From Eukaryota sp. GEM-RC1 (Eukaryota): a stretch of 64,000 nt of DNA. The position numbers and the translations under genes were made by a program. The notes below the pieces were generated by a model, which was not told the DNA's origin, did no database searches, and saw nothing but the letters and a program-made list of their open reading frames with translations. The first letter of the stretch is position 1. Each line of letters begins with the position of its first letter. Positions 13,530 through 27,250 of the stretch are shown here, piece after piece. Location: the NCBI GenBank assembly GCA_040285855.1, contig JAUFOQ010000001.1, positions 2,666,001-2,730,000 on the forward strand, read 5' to 3'.

Positions 13530-14200
13530 TTATAGAACCAACTTGGAACTGAATTGCTGGCTATTCATAACAATGCCACTAAGCAAATAACAGACGTTTT
13601 TCGACAATATTGCAGTTACATGCCACTTCCAAAACTAATCAGTTTGGATCATCAATGCTGTGAATTATTGAAATGGGTTGTTTTTTAAAATATTCACCTT
13701 GCTTTGTAATCATGAAGAAGGAAAATGATATAAGTTACCAGGCACTTGAAAAATTCAAGTCGATTGTCCAAATCTCACCAGAAATAGTTAATAAAATTAA
13801 AAGTATTAAATTAATTAATATAAGAGAACATAATACTTGTTTAGCTAATACAATACCAGCAATGAAACCAGACCAATACACAAGTTGTATGTTATTGACA
13901 TCTAGAACTTAACGATAATGTACAATTCACTTCGAAAAACGGTATTCTTTAGTTCTTAAGAATTTAAGGAATCCGAAGTCTCCAACTGAAAATCTTAATA
14001 ATGCAGAAATGAATATGTTATAAGAAAAGTAACAGTGAACTTCCAGAATGTACCAAAACAATTGATTATGTTAATGAAAATGTCCTTTCCAAAGAGCAGC
14101 AATATGTTCACTGTTTTGTCAATCAAACAACGAATCTTGGAACATCTACAAACTGTAGAATTGAAGGAAATCGTTCAATTTTGAAACAAATCGAAGCTTT
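13530..14200 (+). mobile_element. Degenerate MULE/FAR1-like transposase remnant
   Basis: KEQQYVHCFVNQTTNLGTSTNCRIEGNRSILKQ (~14090-14190) resembles the MULE C-terminal catalytic segment. Many stops. Confidence 0.45.
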
Positions 14201-16831
14201 GGCTCAAAACGATCTGTAAGGAGGAATGCGACAAATTGATTTTTTTTGCAGTATATCAGATTAATGAATTTGATCAAAGGATTGATAAAGATCAACTGTT
14301 TGTCGATTCTGTGATCGTAAAAATCCAGTGTTTTAAAAAAGTGTGATTCAAGGTGTTATCTCTTGACCTCAGAAAAGCATTTGTCATTTACCAAGAAAGT
14401 CCTAGGACTCCGCCCAATCAAGAATGTAAACGTCATCACAATGAAGGGCGTTCAGAGGGTATACATTGTCTATACCAATTAATAGAATTGATGTTGTGCT
14501 TATGGCCTGTAGAGAGTGACGTTAATGTTGATGCATTCGAAATTATGATGGACACATATAACAACTCAATTACCTGAAAAAACGCATGATATTTGATGAA
14601 ATAGGATTATTGGTCGTCTAAGTTGATAGCAGAAAAGCTGCTTAACTGGTTGAACTAGCTTAATTTCTAATGGATCAAATATAGTTGTCCAATTTCTAGT
14701 TTTGGCATTGATGTAAAGAACTACAAAATTAGCTGCACAGTACAAAAATTGCTGGTAAGAATATGGACAAAACTGTGAGTTTTGTTACGGATCCATATGC
14801 TTTACTATATGGGTTAGATCCACATAGTTAGATGCTTTACATCATAACCTATGATGCTTTACATCATCACCATGTTATTTCATCATCTGTCATTCTTACT
14901 ATAATCCAGTTAATTTCATTAGGACTAAACTAACCAATGACAAAAAACGTCATAAGTGCCAAAAACGATGAGTTTCATGGCTTTGTGCGGACATCGAAAA
15001 CTTATGTAGGCACTTACAAACATTAAAAGATGATCAACCGTCAATCAATAATAATGGCATTTTTTTGTTTTCCGTCCAACATTCGACTATAACTTTGTAA
15101 TAAGTGGTCTGCTGAGTGTTTACTTAAAAACCGTTAGTCTTACTCAATTTTTTTTGCCAAAAAGAGTTTCAACTAGTGATAGTACCTACAAAACAAACAT
15201 GGATCAAGATTGAAGTGGAAGGTCAACTGTTATTGTCTTCAGTGACATCATGGGACATTGGAGAAAAAAATAGTGCAGTAGTCCAATTTGTTTGTTTAGT
15301 TAGAATTATTTAATTGTTGTAAATAAATACATGTTTCTTATCTACTATATTTGAGTTCAGCTTGTTGAGCTTTAAAATAATTACGTGGGTTCACACCCCA
15401 AACAAGATCTAACTCAATAATGAAACTTACTTTCATTATATTTACATTCAATATTGTTACTTTTCTTATCGTGTTTTCCGTGATAGAAAGCAATTTGAAT
15501 TTAAAAGATACCAAAACAAAACAACACAACTCAGGTACAAAAGATCAAAAAATGATCAAAAAAAAAGAACACAATGTGAGTTAAATTTCGATACTATGTA
15601 TAATCATCAATCCATTGATACATTAGATCGTCTTTGTAGTTAATCTTCAACTAAATCCCAAGGAATGCCAATCCCCTCTTCAAAGCTAGCTCTGGTTAAA
15701 ACAAATACCACGAGGATATCATAGAGGTGATTATAAACAAAAGATTAGACTAGAGAAATCAATAAGATTGATTGAAAACGACTTACACGATTGCATTAAA
15801 TCAAAAACAACTGAGACATCCGACTAAAAATCTTCAAAGAATAGAAAGTAAGTCATTCTCAAGAGTAGAAGGGACGTCAATAGTGTAGTCAGTATGAAGA
15901 AGATGCCACGTGGCATAAGAAAGCTATCAAGTACTGAAGAGTATGATCACAATGATCATTGGTGAAGACTAAACTTATTCAACCCCAGGTAAAAGATAAT
16001 TAAAAGAAGGACGAGAAGGAAAGAGATGATGGGAATGTTAAACGAAAAGAATTACAAGAAGACTTATGAAAAGCGGAGTTCAAAGTGATGACGTGATACG
16101 TGAGCTAAGAGACTTCATTAAAGAAGGAAAAGGGAGCTATGATCTGGATCCAGACGGTGGAAGGGAACGTGAAGAGTATCTGCCATTCAAACAAGTTCTG
16201 TTTCAACTGAGAGGTTGTTTTGAGCCGCTAACCACATCACTTGTAACTGAGGTATTGAGTGGACTTGTCTAAGCGCAAAAAATTTCCCTATCTTTCTGAA
16301 TCACTGAACTATGTCTTTCTGCATCTCCTTCATTGTGTCTCTCTTCTTTATTGTGTATGCCTTGTCTTTATGTCTTTCCCACAATTTTTCTTGATCTTTC
16401 CACTCTTTCTTCATTCAGATCTGCCCTCCGTTGTCTTATAACCACCACTTCTTTTCGTCTGACTGATCATCCTGAATTTTGAAACTCATTTCAACTAAGC
16501 TCATCAATGAGACATTTTCAAGATGTTCTTCAGACTTTTCTCCACTACAAATGGATCGTTTCTATGGCTATTGTAGTTTGTAGTTTCTCATCGTGAGTTC
16601 TGTACTTTGGAGGAGAGCGACTTTGATACGATCTGTATCGTGTCCAAACTTCAGAGTGACCAACACTTCAATCACGTCATCATTTATTTATATTTTGAAT
16701 TTTATGTACTTTATTTCGTTGTTGTGTCAAGTGGTCATTGCTGAGTTGAACATATCATATTTCCGTTAAATTTGGGTGGTTTTGTGACTCCTCGTTTGAA
16801 ATTACTTCATAATGAATGGTCGAATTAACTA

Positions 16832-18938
16832 TCGTCGAGGTCCCAATACAAGCAAGGTCCCAATACAAGCATAGTAGAGGGTATGCTTGTATAGTTTGAT
16901 ATACTCGGCCAAATTTTAATAAACAAACTTACATTATTACTCAAAATGGGATGTGTTTGGGACCAAAAATGGTGAAAAACTTCGACCAGTGTGACACTAC
17001 ACAATACACAAATTTTCTTCTTACATACTATGGCTTCTCTACAGAATAACCCTTCTCTTAAAACCCAGTTTGAACTTTTTGTTTCCGAGGAATGCGAACA
17101 CTTTGATCCTATGCAAAGCATTTCCAATTATTTTCTTTCTGTTGGTACAATTTTCAAAAAGGTGCATCGTGACGACCTCAAGAAACTGCTCTTATTTCTC
17201 AATAACAAATTTGGAACTACTTGTAAAGTACATAACAAGAACAAAGACGTACTTAGCAATGAACTTTTTGACCTTATCCCACGAGTTTATCCAAGCCTGG
17301 AGCTTGTAGATAATGAGCGTGTCGTTTCCCCGCCCCGAAAAAAGGTCTCTCTTGAACATAAACTGTCAATGGCCAATGAAGCCGCCCGAACCAATAATGT
17401 TTCATCCGTTGCAAAACAAAACCGAATCACTATTTCTTCTGTGTCACGGTATCGTAAAAATCTTGAGTTCTTGCAGTCGGGTGGGGCCACTTATCGTATC
17501 AAAGGTGCTGGACGCAAATACAACAGTGCGATAGAATTCATTTTATTGGAACGTATTAAGCAAGAACGAAGTGATTTTAAAAGTGTCACAAAACAAAAGT
17601 TAATCAACTGGGCCTTGGAAATCGACTTCAATCGTGAGTTTTGCTCCTATAGTCTCAGTTGGGCCAAGAAATTTTTCAAACGAAACAGATGGGTCAAAGA
17701 AAAGTGAACAACAGGCTTGTTGTCAGTGATGAAGTACTAGTAGAAAGTGCGGTAAGATTTTTGGAAGCAAATTAGAACCCTCATTAATGATCATGGACTG
17801 GATCCAGACCAGATTTATAACATTGATGAAACTGCAGTTTGGTTGGATTTGGATGAAAGTCATACTTATAATCCCAGTGGATCCAGAGAAGTTGCCGTGA
17901 GATCTTCAGGCCTTGGTAAGATCAGGGTCACTGGGATTATTGGAGCATCAGCTTCTGGTAGAAGGTTAACTCCAACACTTCTCCTACCTGCTCCAAAGCC
18001 AAAAAGGAACCTTACACCTCCCGCAGATGGCCAAATTTCCATGTCATTGATGGGAAATTACGCTTCACAGTTCTGCACTACAAATCAATCGTGGATGAAT
18101 TCGAAGAGATTTATCAAGTATTTAGAATTCCATTTTCCAAGATTTCTTGCACGGAAAAAACTCGTCATCTTTGACAAAGCCCCCTGTCATACTTCAAAGG
18201 AAGTAGCTCAATATTTACAAAGTCGTTCTCCCAATCTTTTTGTATGCTGTCATTCCAGGGCACTTAACTCCATGGTTACAGCCAGCAGATGTTTTTTGGT
18301 TTTCTGGAATGAAGATCGCATTGAGACGGAAACTTAGAGAGCTATACAATGGACCTCTAGCACCCAAAACAAGAACCGGAAACTTAAAAGCTAGTAGTGT
18401 GGAAGTATTAGGAGAATTTCTTTCAGACGCTTTCAACGAGATTGGCAGTGAATTCATCGCCAACTCCTTTCAGAAGGTATTACTTGGAGAACTGCGTAAC
18501 CTTTATATTGCACAATCAGAGACACTTGGTCAAAAGTTCTTGGAGGTATGGAATCCAGGAGATGAACTAGACCAAGAAAATCTTGAACAGTATTTGAACT
18601 TGCTGGATCTAGATGAAGAGAACCTCAGCAGTGCTGATGAACAAAATGATACAGGAAGTGAAGAAGAAGAAAGTGTTAATGAGGAGGAGAGCATTTTTTA
18701 GCCCTACAAGTTGCCTTTTATTCTACTAGTAAAGTGCTTGATATCATATCATAAAAAGCACTGATTAACTGTTTATTTATATGTAATAAGTTTTGATGCG
18801 CTACAAAATTTCAAGTTACAACCCATTTGAAGGACCCTAATACAAGCAAGGACCCTAATACAAGCAGGTTCCAATACAAGCATAGTAAGGGGTATGCTTG
18901 TATAGTTTTTAAGGTTGCTTGTATTGGGACCTCGACGA
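16832..18938 (+). mobile_element. pogo-type (Tc1/mariner superfamily) DNA transposon with both ends intact
   Basis: Perfect 24-bp TIRs TCGTCGAGGTCCCAATACAAGCAA / TTGCTTGTATTGGGACCTCGACGA, flanked by TA on both sides (16830-31, 18939-40), with internal AATACAAGCA repeats. Confidence 0.92.
17030..18701 (+). CDS. pogo/CENP-B-type DDE transposase (frameshifted)
   Basis: HTH region (SWAKKFFKRNR), then IYNIDET, WMNS, VIFDKAPCH and IPGHLTPWLQPADV. Reading-frame breaks near 17700-17780 and 18240. Confidence 0.85.
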
Positions 18939-19139
18939 TATTTCAAGATGATATTTGAATTATTAATGTTGAGAGCAATTTTCTACATTATTGGTTGATT
19001 TACGACAATTTTAACTATTAACTATCCGAGATTACTCAATCTGAGGACTCAACGTGAAATACAAAGCTCATCGTTTATGTGATTTGTGCCAATATAAAAG
19101 AAATTAAGTCTAATTTTTCAAACAGTTAAAAAAAGCTCT

Positions 19140-19880
19140 GGAATACTATTGCTAGTTAGTAGATCATTAAGAAAACTCAAAGCCATCCACCGTCCAAGAT
19201 TCAAGAGTACTCGAACATTGTCTTTGTTGAGTCTTTTTCGTCTATTTTTAACAATCAGGCCAGCCAACGAAAACACTTTCACACGGAACAGAAGTTGGTA
19301 GTGTTCCAAATAAATGTTCTAGCATCATAGCAAGAACTAGAAGTCTATCGAAGTTAGCTTTCCAATAGCTGAGAGCACTAAAATCCTAAGTTATGTTACT
19401 CTCACTAATATGAACTGTTAATTCTTCTGCTACTGAGACCTCGTTTTGTGAAGCTTCTGCTTGTTTAAGTCAAGAGTCTCAATAGTTGTCAGAACTAGCA
19501 GGTACTTCATTCGTAAAAGACATGTAGTAGAAGTAGTTCATCAGGATACCGTTCTTTATGTCATCAGGAGCTGCAACTGAGATCTGGTTCTTGGTCTTCG
19601 TTCTGGGATCTAACTCAGTGGCGGCAATTGCAGAAAAGTCATCGAATTATAGCAGATACTTCTCTAGTTTAGTTTGAATAGCACTACATGTTTCAGTAGT
19701 TCAGTTGGAGATGATAGATAGATTGTTAGAATTATTTTGGTTTACAAGGACAAGTTTCAAATCTAATTGACTGTAGAAGATGTCTACCCATTTCAGTGCA
19801 AATCTGTTATAGGAATATGTTGCACCACTCAGTATCAGTGTTGTTTCGAACACCGTTAAAGTATATTTTGAATCATCTCA
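19140..19880 (-). mobile_element. hAT transposase C-terminal remnant
   Basis: IAATELDPRTK (~19590-19630) and the dimerisation-domain motif YWKANFDRL..LPTSVPCESVF.LAGLIVKNRRKRL. Confidence 0.7.
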
Positions 19881-22383
19881 AGCACTTGTTTTTAAGTGGA
19901 AGCAACATTGATGTCTGTCCCATTGTGTTTCAACGCTTCCTGAATAGCACCAAAGACTGATAAATAAACTTTCATCATCAAATAGCAGGAATTCTACCAA
20001 ATTGTTATTTTTTGGATCACCATCATTTGATGATGATCTTCGTTGTGTCACTGTAGAATTTTACACACATCTTCCTTACATCTTTCTCAAAAAACTTTTT
20101 GTATATCTTTTTGATGAATGAAGATATACGATCTTTTTGAGAACGTGTCTGATCAGAGTCTCCAAATTCCGACTCAAGAAATTAAGAATAGTACAGCTTC
20201 TAGGTCCACCTGTTGTACTTAAGAAGTCTAAACGAAGGAAAGAAAGAAGAAAACAAATAAACTCGTGCCAGTCAAAGTAGCCTTCTTGTGACAGCCATTG
20301 CCACGCAGGCTGATGTCTGGGTGTAGTGAATTTTCCAACAGTAGTTGTTTGGGGACAACATCACAGTCAATTGAATGAGCTTTTACAGCAATATATGGAA
20401 CTTTAGAGTGGGATATCCGGAGTTTGGCAATTGCTACCTGTGAATCGCTCTTTGACACAACATTAATGACTATTCTGCTCATGTTTTCATGGCCACATCT
20501 AGTCAGCTACAGTGCCTTACTTCTGGCCTTAAACGTGGCTTCAACATTCTTTTGTCTTACTATTTCACGTCACCTGGGACTTTCAACAGTACGTAATGGC
20601 AGACGTCGATCAGGGACTATAAACATGTATTCATCCACCTTGTTCATAAACCATTGTTGTTGTACTTTCGGTCAACACTATGCTTTGCCAAATCGTCAAC
20701 AAAAGAATTGACTCTCTACATTTGATAATTTTAATTAGCAGCTGTTAGTATATCTGGTACTTCGTACTTGTTCTCCAATATCACTAAGTCAAAAGTTCGT
20801 AAACGTCACCTTGTCCAAGTAATACTCAAACGTGTCTTCTCAACCATTATTATAATTGGTACTTTTGTGACGACATTGTCCATAACTAACCCAGGTCTCC
20901 TACCACTGTTCATATCTTTACTTTTTTTGACCATCGAAGTACTGTTTTTTTCACATGTATTAAACCTCTTAAATAGACATGAAATGACGAAGTTAATGGA
21001 GGAATATGTCGAATGTTCAGCCCACCCGTTAAGAACAAAAGTAGACTTTCACTGGAAGTACAGTGAATTCCACTCTACAGCAGATGACGAGTTTTCGAGA
21101 GAAAGTCATTCATAAGATGAATGAATGTAGTTAGTGTGTTAAAGAAAGACAACAAAACATATTTTTTTAGTAAACATAAAAAGAGTTATTCGATAATTAA
21201 ATGCCAGAAAGATCAAATAGGGAACAAAACAACTCCGGATTTAACAATTTGATACTCTTGTTGAACCCTAAATATTATAGCAGCAAATTATAGCTATAAT
21301 GAGAATTACAGACTGTTTTATAACATGAATGTTTTTATATGCGACAACTGAATTAAACAAGATCTATAACAATATACATTAAACGTGGTGTCAGATTATC
21401 TGGCAATCTAATCAACAAAGCCAATTTCGACAAAGTACAGACAAAAAAATGAAGAATTACTGTACTAAGCGGCCGTCTTAAATGCTCCGAGAGCGGTTTA
21501 AAGCGACCACAAGCTTTTCTACACATCCACAAAAACTGAAACTTCGGGAAACCAGCGGTGATAGAAGGAGCCAGAAAAACCAAACCACAATCATTGTAAA
21601 ACTGAGAAGAAGGAGACTCATGAATCAGCTCAGATGTATTTGGAAGGAAAGAGCAACCTATAGAAAAAGTTAACGGCAAAGAACACAATAACCACTAATG
21701 TATGAAAATGATCGTAGAAGGAGGTCCAGGCTTGTGAGGTGGAAGAACAAGATTCTTCATTCGTAGTCTAGATTGGTACAAAAATTACAAACCACACTTG
21801 TAAATTATAGATTCAGATACATTGCCGAAAAAGTATAATCCCACTTCTAGTTTGCCGCAAATTAAAATTCAATAATACTGTTCACTAAACCATCGGTTAC
21901 TGTTCATGAACATTTATTGATATTATAGTACGGGAAAATACGTCGTTGACATCAAATCATGTCTATTCTGATGATTAAGCGTGAGTCAAGAACTGAAACT
22001 CAAGTTGAAAAGACTAGCAACAGTTTCATCAACTTGTAGATTGTGTGATGTGCTTTTGTCGCTCTAACGCAGACAGGCTCCAAAGACAAGTATATATGAC
22101 GGAATGTGTGTATTCCATAAAAATCTCGTAAGGACTTACTTTGGATTAGAACGATAAAATACTCCTACAAGAGTACATTTACATTTACAGAGTATATAAA
22201 AGTTAGCTAATTGTCTCCATGTGATTCTTCCATTTACGTTAGTTGTTCAAATAAAGTAAAACTGTAAGAAATTAATTATTATAATATGTCACCTTAATTT
22301 TATTCATATTGCTGCATTTTTTCTATATTTCCAGTCCATAGGCAACACACATGGTTATGTGCGTTTAACACTAACCTCAGTGG

Positions 22384-22758
22384 ATGCTTAGGCAATTACA
22401 TAAAGAAAAAGATACCTATGGGTATCATCCTCATTGTAAATCGAAATTGAACATAATCAAAAATGAACTCAAAAGAGTTGATAATACAGTTACAAGTGTT
22501 CATCTGGAAAAGAACTCTATTAAAGCTGACGGTGCTGTGGTTGTGGCAGAGGCATTAAAAGTTAATACTACAGTTACAAGTTTTGATTTTAGACTCATTC
22601 CTACGGGTGATGAAGGTGCTAGGACATTTGCTGAAAGGTTAAACATCAACAGTAAAATTACAGTAGAGGAGGTAGAAGTGGATCCACCGGACTGTTTTCA
22701 ACATTCAATACAATTAAGTAAACATCAGACCTGTATCTTTCTATCTTTGGGATTTTAA
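22384..22758 (+). pseudogene. Fragment of an RNI-type LRR gene
   Basis: NSIKADGAVVVAEALKVNTTVTSFD..GDEGART; only about two repeats. Confidence 0.6.
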
Positions 22759-24776
22759 TAGTTACAGTGAAAACACACTTTTGATTTAACTAAGACTCGT
22801 ATGCAAATGGTGTGAACAGAACTTAGACAATTTTCGAAAACACACTTCATTTCGATAAGAACAGGTCTGAACATTTTGTTCACCACCTTCTGAAACCGAA
22901 AGTCCTGTAACTGAAAAGGTTACAGATACTTGCAAGGAATGTTATACGTGAACGATGAGCAACCAAACAGTTGTCGCTTCAGAAAAAAGTTATTCTCACA
23001 CGCAGATTCATTATTGAATATTTGTACTCTTTGTCTTTTTCCTTTTTCTCATTCACTTATCTACAGAGCGACTTTACTCTATCAGGATTATTTCTATAGG
23101 TAATACGTTCATTTGTCTTTTCAAACTAAGACAACACCATGGCCAATGATGAAGATTCGTGTCATGTTTCAGCTGTTTTGACTTTGTTCTCAAGATTCAT
23201 TCTTGGGTTCTGGAAGATTTCTTTACTGTTTCATGTCGGCTGAATTGGTTTCTATCTCAACAATTGTTCGTCTGTTACTCAAATACACAACCCTCCTCAT
23301 TTTTCCTTCCATTACATGTGATCGCGGAGTCATTTCCCTCGGATCAAGAATTGCTGAGAGCTCTGAAGTCCGTAATGGTCTTGACACTACCTCCTGAGAA
23401 ACATAAAACCAATGCGTTCTTTCTAACAAGTTTTATCGCACTTCCCGTTGTGCGTATATGAGTCTTTACTGAACCAGTTAGTTATGGATACGTTTTTCAG
23501 CTGCTATCTCATTCACTCCTTTCCAATTAAACTCTATTTACCTATTCTTACTGACTAGTAGACGGTTCTTTGCATTGTACGTTCTTCTTTAGTGCTCTCC
23601 ATCCTTCTGCAAGCAGATGCCTAGTGTTTAGTCTCATTATGATGCAATGTCACTGTGACGTCATCGAATACAGTGTTGATCATGCCTTTCCACCATTTAA
23701 TGGTAGAATAATGGACTTTTGGACTATACCTGTTGATCACACGTGTTGTGTACAAATTAAACACTGGTAACAACATCAGTTCTTTCGCATAAATCCCGAA
23801 AATACACACTGTAAGACTTCTCGGGATAATGAGATTGTATTGATGGATCTATGAAGCTAGTTTGTAAAAAAAGGACAATACAACATTATTTTCAATATTC
23901 ATTATTGTTGTTATTGTGGAAATACAAAGTGTGTTTCGGTAATTGAATGCCAGAAAGAAGGGTTCTGGAAAAAACGAATGATGGTTACTTTTTTCCCTTT
24001 AGATTTCAAAGATCGGAACTTTTTACAAAAACTCTTGCAATATATATTGTTATAGGTTTTGAAATTCTTTACCATTTGTAACTGAACGACTTGGATTCTG
24101 GTCTTCATCTCAACAAGGGATCTCGTTAATTTAAAACACTTAGGTCAATGTTCATCAGAACTGTTGTATTATATTGTGTATATTATTTCAGACACAATGC
24201 CGAAGAAGTATACTTCCACTTCTAGTATGTCCTCAATTCTAAATTCGATAATAATTTATAACTAAATTACTAAGTACAGTATAAGATTACTTTATCATTT
24301 TTTATTATTTATTGTTGCAAACGACAGTGATCATTGGGATTCTCAGTCCCACTACAAAATTCAGCATAATTTCCAAAAAAAATTCAAAAGCAATGTACAT
24401 TTGATTATATATTTGTTTATATGTTCATCAAAGTCCAAAGAGAGTCCACGTCTAACCATGGCTTGTACCCGAAATACCCTCAGAATCCCAGATGTCTTCT
24501 TCGGAGGTAATAACAGCAGGGTCTTGAGGTCGTAAGATGCGTGAAACGATTGGTCATGATGGAACATAAGAATAGTCCGTAAAGCCAACCAGAGCATAGG
24601 AAACAGAGAAAACAAAAATCAATCTATATCGAGTACACTTGGATTATAGTCTCATTGACAAAGGTCAACTTTAGAATTAGTCTCACTGAGACTAAATTGC
24701 TGATGAGACTAATTAGGCAATCCAGTGCAGTAGAAAAACATTGTACCATTTCTCACCTCCTTTTGCACTGCTTCTA

Positions 24777-26348
24777 ATGTCATTCTCTCTTCCCCCAACA
24801 GAAACTCTTTCCATCATCCTCGATGACCCTTCCCTCTGTAATCAAACCATTACATTTGGAGAAGAGTCTATTGATGTCCACCGAATCATCCTTGCTGCTC
24901 ATTCTACCTACTTCCGATCTCTTTGGTTCTTGGAGTTTGGTGATAGAGACGAAAACCCAATCGACTTCTCTCATCTCCCCGTTGATTCCAACCACTTTCT
25001 TGCCTTCATCAAGTCCTTCTTCGGACACTCTTTCTCTCTCAATGAAAACAATGCTTACAACTTCTACTACCTTGTTCACTACTTCCAAGTGGACAAACTG
25101 ATCGTACAAGTGGAAAACCACCTTAACACTAATCTCGTGACCTGGGCTTGGTTAAAACCATTCATTAAAGAAGCAAATGAAAGAAATGACTTGAGAGCTC
25201 TGGAATTCGTTGGTCCTTTCTTTTCTAAGATTGATGACCTTCTGATTGATGACGTGATGGCAATCACTACTGAAGGGTTAAAAACTCTTTGCAAATACTG
25301 TACTTCCACTCAATCTCAATCGTGGTTCGTCAAATCATTGGTGGAATCAATACTGAATCAAACTTTTGATTTGAATGAATTTTTAAATATCTTAAATTCT
25401 TGCTCAATTGAAGCCTTTTCTTTTCAACAATGGGATGAGTTTCTATTTGTTCCCTTAAAAGATGTTGAAGAATTGGAAGCCGATTTGATGAAGTTTTTGT
25501 TTACAAGAGTTAAGAATCTTTATTTTGACTCTTTGGTGAAGGAAGTTTCTGATTTGAAGGAAGAAGTATCTGATTTGAACATTCAAAATTCTGAATTAAC
25601 TACCAAATGTTCGGATTTAGAAAGCAACATTTCTGACTTAAACACACTTACTACTAATTTAACAACGGAAAACCATGATTTGAAGACAGAAATCTCGCAA
25701 TTGAAGACAAACAATTCTGATTTATCCATGCAAGTTTCTAGTTTGACAACTGATATTCAGAATTTAACTGCTACAACGTCTACCGAAATTACCAAACTAA
25801 GACAAGAAATTGAACAACTTAAAAAGACAATTACCGAAACTCAAGTGGTGTCTCAATCAGTTCCTCAATCAAAAGTGATTAGATTCTCCCCAACTAAGAA
25901 ACGTGATGAGTTACAAGTTAGTGGGGATAGAAAGAGAGTTGTTGTTCGAAGTTGGTATGGTGCAGTTAGAAATATCTTGGGAGAAGATCCACTTCTTCCA
26001 GGTAATGAGTATACTTGGAAGTTGAGGTACCAGGGGAATACTAGTGGTCTTGTTGTTGGAGTCATTGACGAGTCAAAGTTTAGTGTTGATAGTAATTGTT
26101 GGGAGAATGCTCACTGTTTCTACAATGGTAGTAAAGTTTTTGGATGTCTCTCAGGAAACAAAACTAAGTGGAATCCTGGTGAATTACTCGAAATCAGTGT
26201 AAATCTCATCAATCACACTTCAACAATCAAATCCGTGAGTAATTCTTCAATTAATCTTTCTGGAACTCTTCCCAGATTAAGTAGTGGAAATTATTATCCG
26301 TATGCTAGGTTACATTATATTGATCATGTACTTGAAATCGTTGAATAA
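24777..26348 (+). CDS. BTB - coiled coil - SPRY-like protein, copy 3 (intact)
   Basis: Uninterrupted ORF from the conserved ATG (MSFSLPPTETL) to VLEIVE*. Confidence 0.92.
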   Translation: MSFSLPPTETLSIILDDPSLCNQTITFGEESIDVHRIILAAHSTYFRSLWFLEFGDRDENPIDFSHLPVDSNHFLAFIKSFFGHSFSLNENNAYNFYYLVHYFQVDKLIVQVENHLNTNLVTWAWLKPFIKEANERNDLRALEFVGPFFSKIDDLLIDDVMAITTEGLKTLCKYCTSTQSQSWFVKSLVESILNQTFDLNEFLNILNSCSIEAFSFQQWDEFLFVPLKDVEELEADLMKFLFTRVKNLYFDSLVKEVSDLKEEVSDLNIQNSELTTKCSDLESNISDLNTLTTNLTTENHDLKTEISQLKTNNSDLSMQVSSLTTDIQNLTATTSTEITKLRQEIEQLKKTITETQVVSQSVPQSKVIRFSPTKKRDELQVSGDRKRVVVRSWYGAVRNILGEDPLLPGNEYTWKLRYQGNTSGLVVGVIDESKFSVDSNCWENAHCFYNGSKVFGCLSGNKTKWNPGELLEISVNLINHTSTIKSVSNSSINLSGTLPRLSSGNYYPYARLHYIDHVLEIVE

Positions 26349-27250
26349 AGTTGATGACATTCGAATTGTTTGTAGCACACATTAATATTCTGTTATTACA
26401 TAAAAGCATCTACAAACCCTGTCTTCTTAAAACTTTGGAAATGATCAAAATATTTTGACACAATTGTTCACACTAAACTTGGTGGCTATTTTGGGTATTT
26501 GTTAGAAGTTAGGCTAATAGACATGAACAGTCAACTAGTAACAGTACTAGTAAGTTGTTTACTGAAACGAATACATCATATTCTAAAAGCGGCTTCACTA
26601 TTAAGGAAAAATAAGCTCCACAAAAAAACTTCAACAAAATTTAAGTCCTCCTTCATTACTCTATCTACTTTTCAAGTCTGAGTGGCAGTTTCTCATTCTG
26701 AAGTAAACCCCGACCATCCCTTTTGGAACATGGTAGAAACAGAAAAATAGTATTGTCCAACAACAAAGAAATTAATTGGTAGACAATTGATGAAATAAAG
26801 TACAAATAAACATATGAATCTAAGTTCGTGATAAATTAACAGTTGTTCTACTGTTGTTTGAGATCAAATTGTGTGGAAATAGATCAGAAAATGATAATTT
26901 TTCATATCACTTATGAAGAGTAAACTGTCAGATCGTGTGTAATTGTTGTAGTCACAAATTACAACGCAGAGAAATATTGCTGGGCAGTAAAACTATAAAA
27001 GACACTAAGTGACACGGAATGAGCAATATTGTTTTTAGAAATAACAAATTTTAAATTTCTATCAAATTCTTTAATACGTAGTACTGTTACATTGTATTGA
27101 TTCATCCACCAGATGGTGACCAAGAACACACAAAAGCCTTGAGAAAACAAGATCAAGAGGATTCTTTATTTTTTATCTAACCTGGGAAACAGTTTACAAG
27201 TCATTATACAGCTTAAAAAGGATCGACTCACAATAACGATGTTATCAACG

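Noticed and set aside
16836..16900. Short direct repeats as a CRISPR array
   Set aside because: They are transposon subterminal repeats without unique spacers, in a eukaryotic context with no cas genes.
20424..21115. Two hydrophobic ORFs, possibly one broken membrane-protein gene
   Set aside because: No recognisable motif, and I could not join them confidently.
21820..21890. ~70-bp dispersed repeat also present at ~24196-24270
   Set aside because: The similarity is real but degenerate, with no structure or context to assign a function.
26340..26357. Stop-codon reassignment, suggested by TAA aligning with TAT/TAC and a conserved TGA two codons later, plus isolated in-frame TAA/TAG at 47023, 55122 and 59062
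   Set aside because: Long ORFs contain no TAA/TAG. STT3, the LRR gene and kinase genes end in TAA/TAG with no nearby TGA. The isolated stops are in already damaged sequences.
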